Virus record (IMG/VR): IMGVR_UViG_3300036851_000446
Location: 1-58,577 of that record
Length of the DNA stretch: 58,577 nt
Direction: 5' to 3' (one strand)
From: a virus
Lineage: Duplodnaviria; Caudoviricetes
Positions 1 to 8,886 of this stretch are shown here, one piece after another (position 1 is the stretch's first letter; the number at the start of each line of letters is the position of its first letter). The position numbers and the translations under genes were made by a program. The notes under the pieces are model-generated. The model was not told the DNA's origin, did not search any database, and was given only the letters and a program-made list of their open reading frames with translations.

Positions 1-127
1 GACGATGATGGCGAGGAGGGCGACGACGCCGGTCGCTATGAGGGGGTCATGCATCGTCGGTGATCCAGCCTTCGAAGCACCCGTCGGGGCAGGCGTAGGA
101 CTCGTCGCAGAGGTCGCAGTGGGTGCC
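1..127. repeat. Terminal direct repeat, left copy (identical to 58451-58577); circular-assembly overlap
   Basis: First 127 nt (GACGATGATGGCGAGG...GGGTGCC) reappear exactly at the window end; ORFs run through the junction. Confidence 0.95.
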
Positions 128-262
128 GATGCCGTCGGACATGGCGCCTCCGTCGCATTCGGGGCAGCGGCCGGTGCCGTTGCATGTCGAGCAGCGCCAG
201 GCGCAGCAGCCGTCGTGGCCTTCGTCCAATGCGCAGGAGCGGTAGTCGTCGACGGTGGTCAC
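47..262 (-). CDS. Small Cys-rich (CxxC zinc-finger-like) hypothetical protein
   Basis: GTG start overlapping upstream stop; CSTCNGTGRCPECDG motif; part of a chain of overlapping ORFs. Confidence 0.6.
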   Translation of the reverse strand: MTTVDDYRSCALDEGHDGCCAWRCSTCNGTGRCPECDGGAMSDGIGTHCDLCDESYACPDGCFEGWITDDA

Positions 263-516
263 GGCTGGTCCTCCGGGCAGGCTGCGCCGCACTTGGGGTG
301 TTTCGGGCAGAACAGGAGCCGGCCGCTCTGGTACTGCGCCCGCAGGGCGGTGGTGAACCCGCGGCAGGTGTCGTGCTCGAGGCACCCTGGCGTGGTGCCG
401 ATCCGGACGATCCCGCGGCCCATGCTCACCCCGTGCAACCGGCCGAGTGACGCCTCGGCGTGGCGGCAGGTGCAGGGCTTGCGCTCGTAGGGCGGGCCCC
501 AGGGGAGCGCTGTCAC
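259..516 (-). CDS. Hypothetical Cys/His-rich protein
   Basis: GTGA overlaps with both neighbours. Confidence 0.55.
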   Translation of the reverse strand: MTALPWGPPYERKPCTCRHAEASLGRLHGVSMGRGIVRIGTTPGCLEHDTCRGFTTALRAQYQSGRLLFCPKHPKCGAACPEDQP

Positions 517-713
517 GTCTTCGGCTCCGGGTACTCGGGCTGGTTGTCCTTCGACCAGATGGGCGCGAGGGACGAACCGACGTTGTCGATGATCCGGATC
601 GCCTGCGACAGGTCCGATTGCCAGTGGGCGGGGACGTGGACCGACGCCCGGCACAGCCGCTCCCGGGCGCCCTTGAGGTCGAGGTAGAGCCGGTCGTCGT
701 CGTACTCAGCCAT
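513..713 (-). CDS. Hypothetical protein
   Basis: ATG with GGAGG RBS (MAEYDDDRLYLDL...), coupled to neighbours. Confidence 0.6.
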   Translation of the reverse strand: MAEYDDDRLYLDLKGARERLCRASVHVPAHWQSDLSQAIRIIDNVGSSLAPIWSKDNQPEYPEPKT

Positions 714-891
714 CGGTCTGGTCCTCCCGACGTTCGCCCGGCCCGAGGACGTCGAGGCGCCAGCCGAGATCACGCAGGGCCCGGTGGAACCCTGTGGCCC
801 AGCCGCGGTCGACGGTCTGGCCGATCTCGTTGGCGGCGGCCTGGATGGCGTCGATCTCGTCGCTCCGGTTGCGCATGGCGTGGCTACCCAT
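706..891 (-). CDS. Hypothetical protein
   Basis: Overlapping start/stop chain, GC3-rich codons. Confidence 0.55.
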   Translation of the reverse strand: MGSHAMRNRSDEIDAIQAAANEIGQTVDRGWATGFHRALRDLGWRLDVLGPGERREDQTDG

Positions 892-1405
892 CGGTCGCTT
901 CCCGGGTGACCACCACGTGGGTGCCAGGGTCCCAACCGCGGTCCGACGGCTTCCGGCCGAGCAGCGATGCAGCAAGCTGGCCCACCGGGCCCTCCCACAG
1001 CACGGTGGCCGGGGAGGACAGCAGCGCCATCACGGCGTCGACGGCCGCGTTCGCTTGGCCCGCCAGGTGAGGTGGCGCTCCGAGCGGTCCGTAGGCGCTA
1101 CCGATGGCCTCGGCCACCTGCTCACGGGTGGGGCCGGGTGTTGGTGGCGGCGCTTCTAACGCCCACAGGGCCTCGGAGGTCTCGTCACCGAGCCGGTCGT
1201 ACTCGACTCGCAGGGAGAAATGCGCCTCGGCCAGGCGGAGGGCGAGAGCGGCGTCCAATCGCACCGTCGTGTTGCCCTTGGCGATCGCTATCCCGGCCCG
1301 CTGGCGGACCTCGGCTGCGTCGTGCAGCGGGGACTCGACCAAGTGGTCCCGTCCGTCGCTCGTGGTCGGCCCGCCGGTGCCGTCGGTCACCCGGTCGGCC
1401 CTCAC
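884..1405 (-). CDS. Hypothetical protein with PPPTP linker
   Basis: GTG start overlapping the stop of 1402-1815. Confidence 0.55.
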   Translation of the reverse strand: MRADRVTDGTGGPTTSDGRDHLVESPLHDAAEVRQRAGIAIAKGNTTVRLDAALALRLAEAHFSLRVEYDRLGDETSEALWALEAPPPTPGPTREQVAEAIGSAYGPLGAPPHLAGQANAAVDAVMALLSSPATVLWEGPVGQLAASLLGRKPSDRGWDPGTHVVVTREATDG

Positions 1406-1815
1406 TGGTCGACCTCGGGTGCGGGTGTTGGTGGCGGTGACGTCAGGGCGAGGATGCGCTCGGTGAGGTCGTGCAGCCGGTCGTGCTCGGCGTCGTCGGT
1501 GCCGTCGAAGCCTTCGACCATCGACAGCTCGGAGAACACGTCGTCGTAGACCTTCTGCCGGTCGACCTTCGCCTGTTGCGCGTCGAAGATGCCTTGCCAC
1601 GCGGGTGTTGGTGGCGGTGAACCCGCCGCAGCCCGCCCGGAGCCGTTGCAGGATGAGCATGGGACAGGGACCAGCACCATGCTGTGTGACTGGTTGGTCC
1701 GCCGGTCGACGACCCGGTCCTTCCAGTCGTCGGCGTGGTAGCGGAAGCTGGTGCCGATGGCGATCTCGTCGAGCCAGGCGAACCGCCAGCCGTCGGGGGG
1801 TGTCAGCGTGGCCAC
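1402..1815 (-). CDS. Hypothetical modular protein (CxxCxGxG; two SPPPTPA linkers)
   Basis: ORF track; GGAGG RBS; overlapping neighbours. Confidence 0.6.
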   Translation of the reverse strand: MATLTPPDGWRFAWLDEIAIGTSFRYHADDWKDRVVDRRTNQSHSMVLVPVPCSSCNGSGRAAAGSPPPTPAWQGIFDAQQAKVDRQKVYDDVFSELSMVEGFDGTDDAEHDRLHDLTERILALTSPPPTPAPEVDQ

Positions 1816-2665
1816 AGTTCCTCCGCGCAGATGTGGGCCGCCTCGGCGACGGTCTCCATGTCCCAGTCATCGTGATGCCGCTGCATCAGTGCCTTGCGGA
1901 ACCGCTCGACCATCTCGCTGCGTGTTACCTCGTCGTCTTCGCTGGCTGGCGCCGCAGCCCGCAGACGCTCGACCTCGGCCCGCTCCCGCTTCCATGCTGC
2001 GAGGTGGTCGTTCGCTCGCTCGGTCTGGTTGGCCAGCAGCTCGCGCAGCTGGTCGATGATCTCGCTCGGCGATCCTTCGAGCGGGCCGAGCACGCCGCGC
2101 CTGTTCTCGCGGCCAATGGCCAGGTCGTCGTCGGTGGGCTCGTCGGCCCGCAGCCGGTACTCCTTGGGGCCGGTCCACTCGATCTCGTCGTCGCCGGACT
2201 CGTCGGGTGTGCCACCGAAGCACGGACCGGGGTGGTTCGGTCCGCTGTCGCACTGCGAGTGGTGCGGGGTCTCGTCGGGTGCACCGACAGCGGCCGCCAG
2301 CACCTCGTAGGCGCCGTCGTAGATCGGCAGGTCCACCCGATGCATGTAGAGCGCACAGCCGGGTGTGTGGCATTCCTCACCGACGCCAGCCAGGGGCGGC
2401 AGATGTTGATGGCGACGCGCAGCACCTCTGGCTCGCGACCCAGCCGGGCGTTCGCCTCGGCGATGTCGTCCTGGCAGCCCGCGCGGTGCTCGACGTACTC
2501 GGCGAAGGGGATCGCCTTGTTGCAGCTCAGGCAGATCGTCGGCTTTCGCTCGTCGGCTCCCTGTGGGTCGGGAGCCGGACCGGCGCTCACACCGTGGACG
2601 GGGCATGCCAGGTCGGGGAGGTCAGGAAGCACGCAGTTGCCGGTGCACTTCGGCGGCTCGGCGGC
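1803..2665 (-). pseudogene. Modular Cys-rich gene lacking its own 5' start and frameshifted near 2390
   Basis: Coding-like sequence switches from ORF 1925-2632 (...VAINICRP) to ORF 1803-2606 (LAGVGEECHTPGC...); the intact paralogous domain at 10518-10605 is 4 nt longer. Confidence 0.55.
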
Positions 2666-2799
2666 CCGCTCTGGAAGCCGACGCCGTAGGGCGGGTCGGT
2701 CACGACCAGGTCGATCGAGTCCCGACCCAGCAGCGGCAACACCTCGCGGCAGTCACCGTGATAGAGGGTGATGTCGCCGTCGTCGTAGTAGGCGTCCAT
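2587..2799 (-). pseudogene. Truncated N-terminal fragment of an N4-C/N6-A DNA methyltransferase
   Basis: MDAYYDDGDITLYHGDCREVLPLLGRDSIDLVVTDPPYGVG is a typical beta-class MTase N-terminus with DPPY; no FxGxG motif follows and the ORF ends at ~70 aa. Confidence 0.75.
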
Positions 2800-3362
2800 C
2801 AGTCTCTGATCCCCTTGTGGTCGGGTAGCACCCGGGCGGTCGTGGGCGGGTCGTCGTCGACGTTGGGCGCGGGGCATTCGTCGGCCGTGTGTGCATTCCG
2901 GATGGTCTTCTGGTTGTCGTGTTGCACGCACCCGGCTTTGGGTTCGACCAGCCCGCATGGCGCCAGTGGGCAGCCGCAGTGAGGGGCGTACGGGTCGGTG
3001 TCCCAGCCGCGGGACACGTGCATGCCGTGGGTGGCCGCCAGTGCCGTCCCCTCCTCGGCCGGGATGCCGTAGAAGTCGGCCGAGTCCCGTGGTGGCCAGT
3101 AGCCGCTGTCGGCCATGAACCCCGGCACCTCGATGGGCTCGACGGCCGGCTGCTCACCCGACGCCCGCTGCTCCAGCTTCTGGTTCTCGAACGCGAGTTT
3201 CAGCCCGTGCTCGGCCAGGGTCTCGCGACGCTTCTCGTCTTCCTCGGCCTGGCGGTCCCGGCTCCAGTTGACCACGAGGTAGGTGACGATCGCTCCGGCG
3301 CAGAAGCTGGTGAGGCAGCCCGCGGCGATGAAGATGGTCAGCTCGATCGAAGCGCCGGTCAC
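2799..3362 (-). CDS. Membrane-anchored hypothetical protein
   Basis: N-terminal hydrophobic helix, coiled coil, Cys/His-rich C-terminus. Confidence 0.6.
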   Translation of the reverse strand: MTGASIELTIFIAAGCLTSFCAGAIVTYLVVNWSRDRQAEEDEKRRETLAEHGLKLAFENQKLEQRASGEQPAVEPIEVPGFMADSGYWPPRDSADFYGIPAEEGTALAATHGMHVSRGWDTDPYAPHCGCPLAPCGLVEPKAGCVQHDNQKTIRNAHTADECPAPNVDDDPPTTARVLPDHKGIRD

Positions 3363-3607
3363 CACACACGCTCCGTGGCCGACGAGATCTTGCCGTCGTC
3401 ATCCCGGCTCATCACGCCGGCCGACACGTCGACAGCGTCGAGCAGGCACCAGTCGTGGAACACCGTGCTCTTGCTGCCGCCCCGCAGCAGGACCGCTTTC
3501 ACGGCCTCGGCGGTGATGATCTCGGGGGCATCGCCGTCGGGCCACACCTCGTCGACCGTGAGAGCGATCGACCCCTCGAAGTCGATGAAGATGGTCGGGT
3601 CGCTCAC
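3359..3607 (-). CDS. Hypothetical protein
   Basis: GTGA overlaps with neighbours. Confidence 0.55.
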   Translation of the reverse strand: MSDPTIFIDFEGSIALTVDEVWPDGDAPEIITAEAVKAVLLRGGSKSTVFHDWCLLDAVDVSAGVMSRDDDGKISSATERVW

Positions 3608-3825
3608 GTGGCGCTCCGTTCGGGGTGGTTGACCACGAGCACTGCGTGGCCCGACAGGGCGGTGACGTCGACGCTGGTCTGGCAGACCGGACACGAGCAG
3701 TGCCCGTGGCCATCGGTCGCACCCTCGGCCAACGCCCAGCCACTCGCTTGGCAGGTGGGGCGGGGATGGCGGCGGTGGACGCACGCGGCGAACACGGTGG
3801 CCGCATGGAGAGTGAGCGGGCTCAC
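3604..3825 (-). CDS. Hypothetical Cys/His-rich protein
   Basis: ORF track; overlapping chain. Confidence 0.5.
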   Translation of the reverse strand: MSPLTLHAATVFAACVHRRHPRPTCQASGWALAEGATDGHGHCSCPVCQTSVDVTALSGHAVLVVNHPERSAT

Positions 3826-4220
3826 GACTCACCGCTCCGCTGACAGCGGGCGCAGCCGCCGGGGCAGAAGTGCAGTCCGAGCCAGGTGACCCCACCGTCG
3901 GCCAACAGAGCCATCGCAGCGAGTGCGTCGACCAGCGCATTGAACACCTCCGCCGTGCCCGGCAGTTGCTTGCCGCGGACGACGCGAGGCTTCTCTCGCC
4001 ATAGCAGTGCGGTACCGTGCTCACCGAGCAGGTCGGCCACCCCTTCGCACCGCGCCCTCAGGTAGTCGGTGTCGCCCGTCGGCATCTCGGCTATGCGCAG
4101 CGGCACCGCGACGGCGAGCGTGGCTTGCAGGAGCCCCGCCGTCGGGTCGATCAGTGTTTCGACGACCTCGGACGGATCGCGGTCGCCCTGGTCGAGGATG
4201 AGGTTCAGTCGTTCGGTCAT
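3822..4220 (-). CDS. Hypothetical phage protein
   Basis: ORF track; ATGA overlaps; GGVTWLGLHFC C-terminal motif. Confidence 0.65.
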   Translation of the reverse strand: MTERLNLILDQGDRDPSEVVETLIDPTAGLLQATLAVAVPLRIAEMPTGDTDYLRARCEGVADLLGEHGTALLWREKPRVVRGKQLPGTAEVFNALVDALAAMALLADGGVTWLGLHFCPGGCARCQRSGES

Positions 4221-4822
4221 CCGGTCACCGCCGCTCGGACGTCGTCGGTGGTGAACGCCGGCGGGGTCGACGTGTGGCGCCAGGGGCGGCCGGTGGCGGC
4301 GACGCGGCGGAGCTTGGCGATCCCGGCCCGCAGGTTGGAGTTGGCGCCCTTGACCGAGAGCAGGCCGTTGTCGCTGCCCTGGCTGCCGAAGTGCTCACGC
4401 TTGGTGTGGGTGCCGGCGTGAACGGCCATCCACGCGATGACGTCGGCCTGGATGTCGGTCAGGTGCGCCATGTCGGCCCACCGCTGCAACGTGACCCGAT
4501 CGTCGATCTGGCGGTAGCCGGGGTCGACGGTGCGGGCGATCAGCCACTCGGGGTCGTGCAGCTCGTCGGCGACCTCTTCGTGGGCCATGACCCGTGCCCG
4601 CTTGGCGCGGCCGTGGCCGACCTCGCGGTCCATGTGGAGCCAGCACCACGACAGCAGCGACCGGCCACCGTCCTCGCGCCAAGTGGCGACACCGCAGGCG
4701 ATGCCGTATATGGCGTCGGACAGGACGTCGGCTTCGTCGCGGACGCCGAGCATGTGACGGTGGGCGAGGTACCGCTTGGCGAGGGCCATCGGATTGTTGA
4801 TGCCGCGCAGGTCGTCCGTCAT
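4217..4822 (-). CDS. Divergent sigma-70-family-like transcription factor
   Basis: ADVLSDAIYGIACGVATWREDGGRSLLSWCW resembles sigma region 2.2-2.3; LTDIQADVI...LRAGIAKLRR resembles region 4. Confidence 0.55.
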   Translation of the reverse strand: MTDDLRGINNPMALAKRYLAHRHMLGVRDEADVLSDAIYGIACGVATWREDGGRSLLSWCWLHMDREVGHGRAKRARVMAHEEVADELHDPEWLIARTVDPGYRQIDDRVTLQRWADMAHLTDIQADVIAWMAVHAGTHTKREHFGSQGSDNGLLSVKGANSNLRAGIAKLRRVAATGRPWRHTSTPPAFTTDDVRAAVTG

Positions 4823-5025
4823 CAGCTGGCCTCCTTGGTGAATGCGGGGGCGACCAGCAACACCACACCGATCGACAACAGACCCGCGCCCGAGACGAAC
4901 ATCCCGCCCGACGGGGACGCCAACAACCACGGGGTGACCGCCAGACACGCCACCGCGAACACGACACGGACGTACCAGGCCGACTCGGCCGGGGAGAACG
5001 CCAGGGTGATGAGGTCGCCGGGCAT
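4822..5025 (-). CDS. Small two-TM membrane protein
   Basis: Two hydrophobic segments; TGATG coupling. Confidence 0.55.
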   Translation of the reverse strand: MPGDLITLAFSPAESAWYVRVVFAVACLAVTPWLLASPSGGMFVSGAGLLSIGVVLLVAPAFTKEAS

Positions 5026-5303
5026 CACTCGGCCGCCTCGGGGAGCACCTTCACCAGGGCGTAGCCGCAGCGGTACAGGTTCTCGATGACGGCCTGGCTG
5101 ATCCGGTTCTCGCTGTGGCCCCACTGGGGGTCCCAGTCGGGCCAGCGGCCCCAGTCGACCGAGTTGCTGGCGGCGGACAGGATCGGGTCGGCCCACGTCC
5201 ACGTGCCGCCGTTCTCCCACAGCCCGAACTCCGGGTTGTAGGTGCCGGGCCGGTCGACCGCGGTGGCTTCCTCGACGGGGATGGGGTCGCTGACGCGGAC
5301 CAT
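5025..5303 (-). CDS. Hypothetical Trp-rich protein
   Basis: TGATG coupling to neighbours. Confidence 0.55.
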   Translation of the reverse strand: MVRVSDPIPVEEATAVDRPGTYNPEFGLWENGGTWTWADPILSAASNSVDWGRWPDWDPQWGHSENRISQAVIENLYRCGYALVKVLPEAAE

Positions 5304-5500
5304 CACCGGCTCCGGGCCGGGCGGAAGCCGGCGGCGTCGAGGGTGTGCGGGCCGACCAGGTTCCGCTGGCGGGCCATGAACACGGCCTGCTGCAACTGGC
5401 GCATGCCGAACAGCCGGGGGTTGCGGCGGAAGCTGAGCTTGTGGCGGTTGGCGGCCTGGATGATCTGCCACCGGGCGTCCTTGCGGGCGTCGGTCTCCAT
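5303..5500 (-). CDS. Small basic hypothetical protein
   Basis: ORF track; GGAG RBS. Confidence 0.55.
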   Translation of the reverse strand: METDARKDARWQIIQAANRHKLSFRRNPRLFGMRQLQQAVFMARQRNLVGPHTLDAAGFRPARSR

Positions 5501-5515
5501 CGGGTTACGCTCCGT

Positions 5516-5887
5516 TCATCGGTGGTCGCCGGTGGCCTTGCTGGGTTGGCCGGCGGCCATTGGTCTGTCGTGGGTGGTGCCCTGGGCTGCCAGAGGGGTC
5601 GGCAGCTCGGGGAGCCCACCGCGGGTGCGGTGTGCCGTTGGGGAGTCGGCGTGGCTCGCTGGACCAGGCGCACCCAGCGCGACCGGCAAGGGCGAGGCGG
5701 TGGGCCCCTGCCGGTCGCGCTCGATGTCCTGGAGGTCGTCGGCGATCTGCACCCACGCCTGCCGGTCCTCCCACAAGCGCAGCAACAGGTGGTCGCAGAT
5801 GAAGTCCCGGGTGGACCGGTCCTGGGGCACGCCACCGAGAGCGGCCCACCGTTCGAGCAGTTCGACATCGGTGCGGCAGAGGCTCAT
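5516..5887 (-). CDS. Hypothetical protein
   Basis: ORF track, ATG at 5887. Confidence 0.45.
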   Translation of the reverse strand: MSLCRTDVELLERWAALGGVPQDRSTRDFICDHLLLRLWEDRQAWVQIADDLQDIERDRQGPTASPLPVALGAPGPASHADSPTAHRTRGGLPELPTPLAAQGTTHDRPMAAGQPSKATGDHR

Positions 5888-6142
5888 CGCCGGCGTCCGG
5901 TCCAGAACGGGCACCAGAGACAGAAGGCCGGCAGGCACACGGCCAGGCCGACGACACCGACGGTGCTCAGCGCGGCGGTCATGACTGGCCGTCACAACTG
6001 GCGTCCGACGACAGCTCGCCGCACTCGCTGGGCTTGGTGCCGTCGTCGCGGTTCTCGCAGCCCATCGTGATGACGAGCAGGCAGAGGGTGAGGAACAGGG
6101 CGGTCCAGGTCAGCAGGACCGTGGCGGTGCGCTCGGCCGCGG

Positions 6143-6514
6143 TCACGGTGCACCGTCCAGCCACACAACCTCGGTGCGGCCATTGTGTCCGTGGACGTGC
6201 TCGACGGCCTCGGCGCCCCGGTCGTGGAACACGACACTGGTGGGCCACTCGGTGAGCCAGCGCAGAGCGACGACACCGTCGTCGAACTCGACCCCTTGGG
6301 CGACCACACCGGTGCCGGACACGCCCGACACGTCCTCGATTCGGATCAACTCGAACCGACGCAGGCGGGGCAGCGTCTGGCCCGTCCCCTCACAGTCGGG
6401 GCAGATCGGGGCCGGTTCGAGGCCGGCCACCATCTCGTAGTCGCTATCTCGTCCGACGGGAAGCGAGCCGGTACCGTCGCAACGACCACAGGGCGGACGC
6501 GTGCGAGCGGCCAT
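6143..6514 (-). CDS. Actinophage-type hypothetical protein with N-terminal CxxCxGTG zinc finger
   Basis: FELIRIEDVSGVSGTGVVAQGVEFDDGVVALRW motif typical of actinophage proteins; ATG overlapping upstream TGA. Confidence 0.7.
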   Translation of the reverse strand: MAARTRPPCGRCDGTGSLPVGRDSDYEMVAGLEPAPICPDCEGTGQTLPRLRRFELIRIEDVSGVSGTGVVAQGVEFDDGVVALRWLTEWPTSVVFHDRGAEAVEHVHGHNGRTEVVWLDGAP

Positions 6515-7003
6515 CAGTCCTCGCTCTCGGTGACGTGGATGAGCGCCCGTCCGTCGGCGTCGTAGGCGCACGCCCCGACCTGGCCGCACTCGGGGCACGG
6601 CGTGGCGAGGCGGCGTTCGATGTCCATCTCGCTGATCTCGCCGTCGTCGGGATCGTCGGGCTCGTAGTCCCGGCTGGTTCCGGCGAAGTCCCGCGGTCGG
6701 GCAGAACGTCGAGCCGTCGCGGCGCTTGCGCCGATGTGTCGGCTTGCACTCGGGCGCACACATGTGCCAGTTCGCCGGGCAGCACCGGCCGATGATCCGG
6801 ACCGGGATCGTGTCGGGCCCCGTGCCCAACCACCGGTAGTCGAACTCGTCGGCCCAATCGTTGGCGATGGTGTCGGCGCCGGGCGCTCCGCCGTTGATGA
6901 CGATGAGCGGGTGTCGTGGGTCGGCGTCCATGAGGCCGGTCAGATAGCGCTCGACCACCTCAAAGTTGACGTAGCTCCGCGAGCCGAAGACGAGGACTCT
7001 CAC
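6514..7003 (-). pseudogene. Truncated DUF2493/YspA-like SLOG protein joined out of frame to the 3' part of another gene
   Basis: MRVLVFGSRSY...INGGAPGADTIANDWA...AGLRRNQ is the SLOG N-terminal part; similarity stops near 6673, then another frame reads RDYEPDDPDD...CPECGQVGACAYDADGRALIH. Confidence 0.6.
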
Positions 7004-7359
7004 GGCGCACCTCGTGGGTGGCCGGGCGCCGGTCGGCTTGGAGGTGCCGGCGCCCGGCCTTCGGGGTCGCTACCGCGTCGTCGACCGGGGGCTGCAACCC
7101 CCGCGCGGGGACCAGCCGAGGCTTCGACCACCCGGTGCGCGGTGGCCGGTGAGAATTTGACCGTGGGCCGGCCCGGCGGAAGACCGGACCCACGGTCGTC
7201 GCCACACCCAACGGCGGGAAGGGCGTGGGCGAGCTGGACGAGAGCGACAACGCAACTGGCGGCGAACACGGCGATCGCGCCGACGAACGCCCAGCCGTCG
7301 ACGTTGGGGGACACCAGCAGCCCGGCGAGCGCCGACAGGTACGGGAGCGCCGGCCTCAC
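7000..7359 (-). CDS. Membrane protein
   Basis: Hydrophobic N-terminal half; GTGA overlaps. Confidence 0.5.
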   Translation of the reverse strand: MRPALPYLSALAGLLVSPNVDGWAFVGAIAVFAASCVVALVQLAHALPAVGCGDDRGSGLPPGRPTVKFSPATAHRVVEASAGPRAGVAAPGRRRGSDPEGRAPAPPSRPAPGHPRGAP

Positions 7360-7489
7360 GACGCGGCGCTCCGGGTCTGTGCGGCGGCCTCGCGGGCGAG
7401 CCGTCGGTCGCGGGCGAAGCGGACGATCGCCGCGGCTTCCTCGAGGACGGCGGGGTCCTCCCACACCGACGGGCGGGTAGGGGCCGCCG

Positions 7490-7906
7490 TCACGCCGGCC
7501 CCGAGGGGGTTTGGGGCCGGCGTGACGCGGGCTCGACGGTGGAAGGGGGACGGGGCGTGTCTGGCCCTACCACCGCCGAGGACTTGCGGCGGAGCCACAG
7601 CCACTTCCCGACGAACGGGATCGAGTAGCGGTTGTCGGCCAGCCAGAGCACTTGGCCCACGACGGGGATGGCCATGGCGCAGCCGCGCTTGCGGTGCGGG
7701 ATGACCATTCGTCCGCAGTCACCGCAGCGGCCACGGTCGAGCGAGCCGATGCAGATGTCGTCGTGGAGGGTGATGAGCGACTCGTCGAGGTGGTGGACGG
7801 CGTCGAGGAGCACGCTGGCTTCGGTCGCGTCGGCCGGGGTCCCGAAGTGGCGGACGACGCCGTCAGCGCCATTGAGGAACCGGACGAGCGTCTCGGTCTC
7901 GGTCAT
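7490..7906 (-). CDS. Hypothetical protein downstream of cro-like gene
   Basis: ATGA overlap with 7903-8130. Confidence 0.6.
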   Translation of the reverse strand: MTETETLVRFLNGADGVVRHFGTPADATEASVLLDAVHHLDESLITLHDDICIGSLDRGRCGDCGRMVIPHRKRGCAMAIPVVGQVLWLADNRYSIPFVGKWLWLRRKSSAVVGPDTPRPPSTVEPASRRPQTPSGPA

Positions 7907-8130
7907 CCCAGCACCGCATCGATGTCGAACAGCTCGCGGTACGGGGTCTCAAGGGCTGCCGCGATAGCGAGCGACAGCTTGAGCGTCAGTTCCTGCTGGC
8001 CCAGCTCGACGCGGCTGATCGCCGCCTGACTGCAACCCACAGCGGCGGCCAGTTCCTCCTGGGTCAGCTTGCCCTCACGAGCCTGGCGGACGTTCTCGCC
8101 CCAGCGCTTTCGAACCTCGGCCACTTCCAT
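7903..8130 (-). CDS. Cro-like XRE helix-turn-helix protein
   Basis: VRQAREGKLTQEELAAAVGCSQAAISRVELG is an HTH_3 motif; divergent from a second HTH gene. Confidence 0.9.
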   Translation of the reverse strand: MEVAEVRKRWGENVRQAREGKLTQEELAAAVGCSQAAISRVELGQQELTLKLSLAIAAALETPYRELFDIDAVLG

Positions 8131-8138
8131 ACCGAGTG

Positions 8139-8167
8139 ACTCTACGCATGGTGTGAGTACACGTCAA
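8139..8167 (-). promoter_or_regulatory. SigA-type early promoter (TTGACG-17 bp-TAGAGT), likely leaderless cro transcript
   Basis: Minus strand -35 at 8167-8162, -10 at 8144-8139, ATG 8 nt downstream; overlapped by the imperfect palindrome ACTC-N12-GAGT. Confidence 0.7.
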
Positions 8168-8226
8168 GCGTGTGGAGTTAACCCGAAGACGCCCGGGTAT
8201 ACGTCCCACGGATATGCGTATGATGG

Positions 8227-8568
8227 GTGACCGTGGGGACTGAGCAACTACGCCTGCACCTTGGACGCGCCATCCGCGACGCCCGCAAGCTGGCCAAACT
8301 CACCCAAGACGACCTCGCCGCGCTACTCCAAACCACCCAGGCAACACTGAGTCGGTGGGAGTTGGGCGACGTCCTGACGCTCGATCAGGTGTGCGCCATC
8401 GAGGATGCGCTACGACTCACGAGAGGCCATCTGCTCGTCGCCGCCGGCTATGTACCCCTGGGTACGTCGACCGAGGATGTCGTACGGCTCGACCCTGGCC
8501 TCGACGCACTCGACAAGGAGGCGCTGCTGCTGCTCTACAGCGTCTTCCTCAAGCGCTCGGCCGACTGA
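8227..8568 (+). CDS. Immunity repressor (XRE HTH)
   Basis: IRDARKLAKLTQDDLAALLQTTQATLSRWELG HTH; LLVAAGY motif; divergent from cro; TATGAT at 8219-8224 just upstream. Confidence 0.85.
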   Translation: MTVGTEQLRLHLGRAIRDARKLAKLTQDDLAALLQTTQATLSRWELGDVLTLDQVCAIEDALRLTRGHLLVAAGYVPLGTSTEDVVRLDPGLDALDKEALLLLYSVFLKRSAD

Positions 8569-8825
8569 GCCACTCGCCCACAGGCACCCGAGGCCAGAGC
8601 CAGAACGGCGTCCACCTCGTGATGCATCTGCCGTAGCTTGGCGTTCTCGGCTTCGAGCCGGGCGATCATCCGTCGCGAGGGCCAGTGGGGCACAAGGAGG
8701 GCGGCGCCGACGTAGTGCTTGACCGCCCATGCCACGCGTAGAGCATTCATCCTCGCCTCGGCCTCCCTGTCGCCCGCCGAATCGTCAGGTTGTGCCCACA
8801 GGGCCCCCTCCCCCACGGAGACCAA
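8535..8825 (-). CDS. Hypothetical protein between repressor and integrase (start uncertain)
   Basis: ORF track. Confidence 0.4.
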   Translation of the reverse strand: MVSVGEGALWAQPDDSAGDREAEARMNALRVAWAVKHYVGAALLVPHWPSRRMIARLEAENAKLRQMHHEVDAVLALASGACGRVAQSAERLRKTL

Positions 8826-8886
8826 CCACCACGTTTAGTCGCCGAAACGTCACGTGACAAGGATTATTTGATGATGGTCGCGTCAG

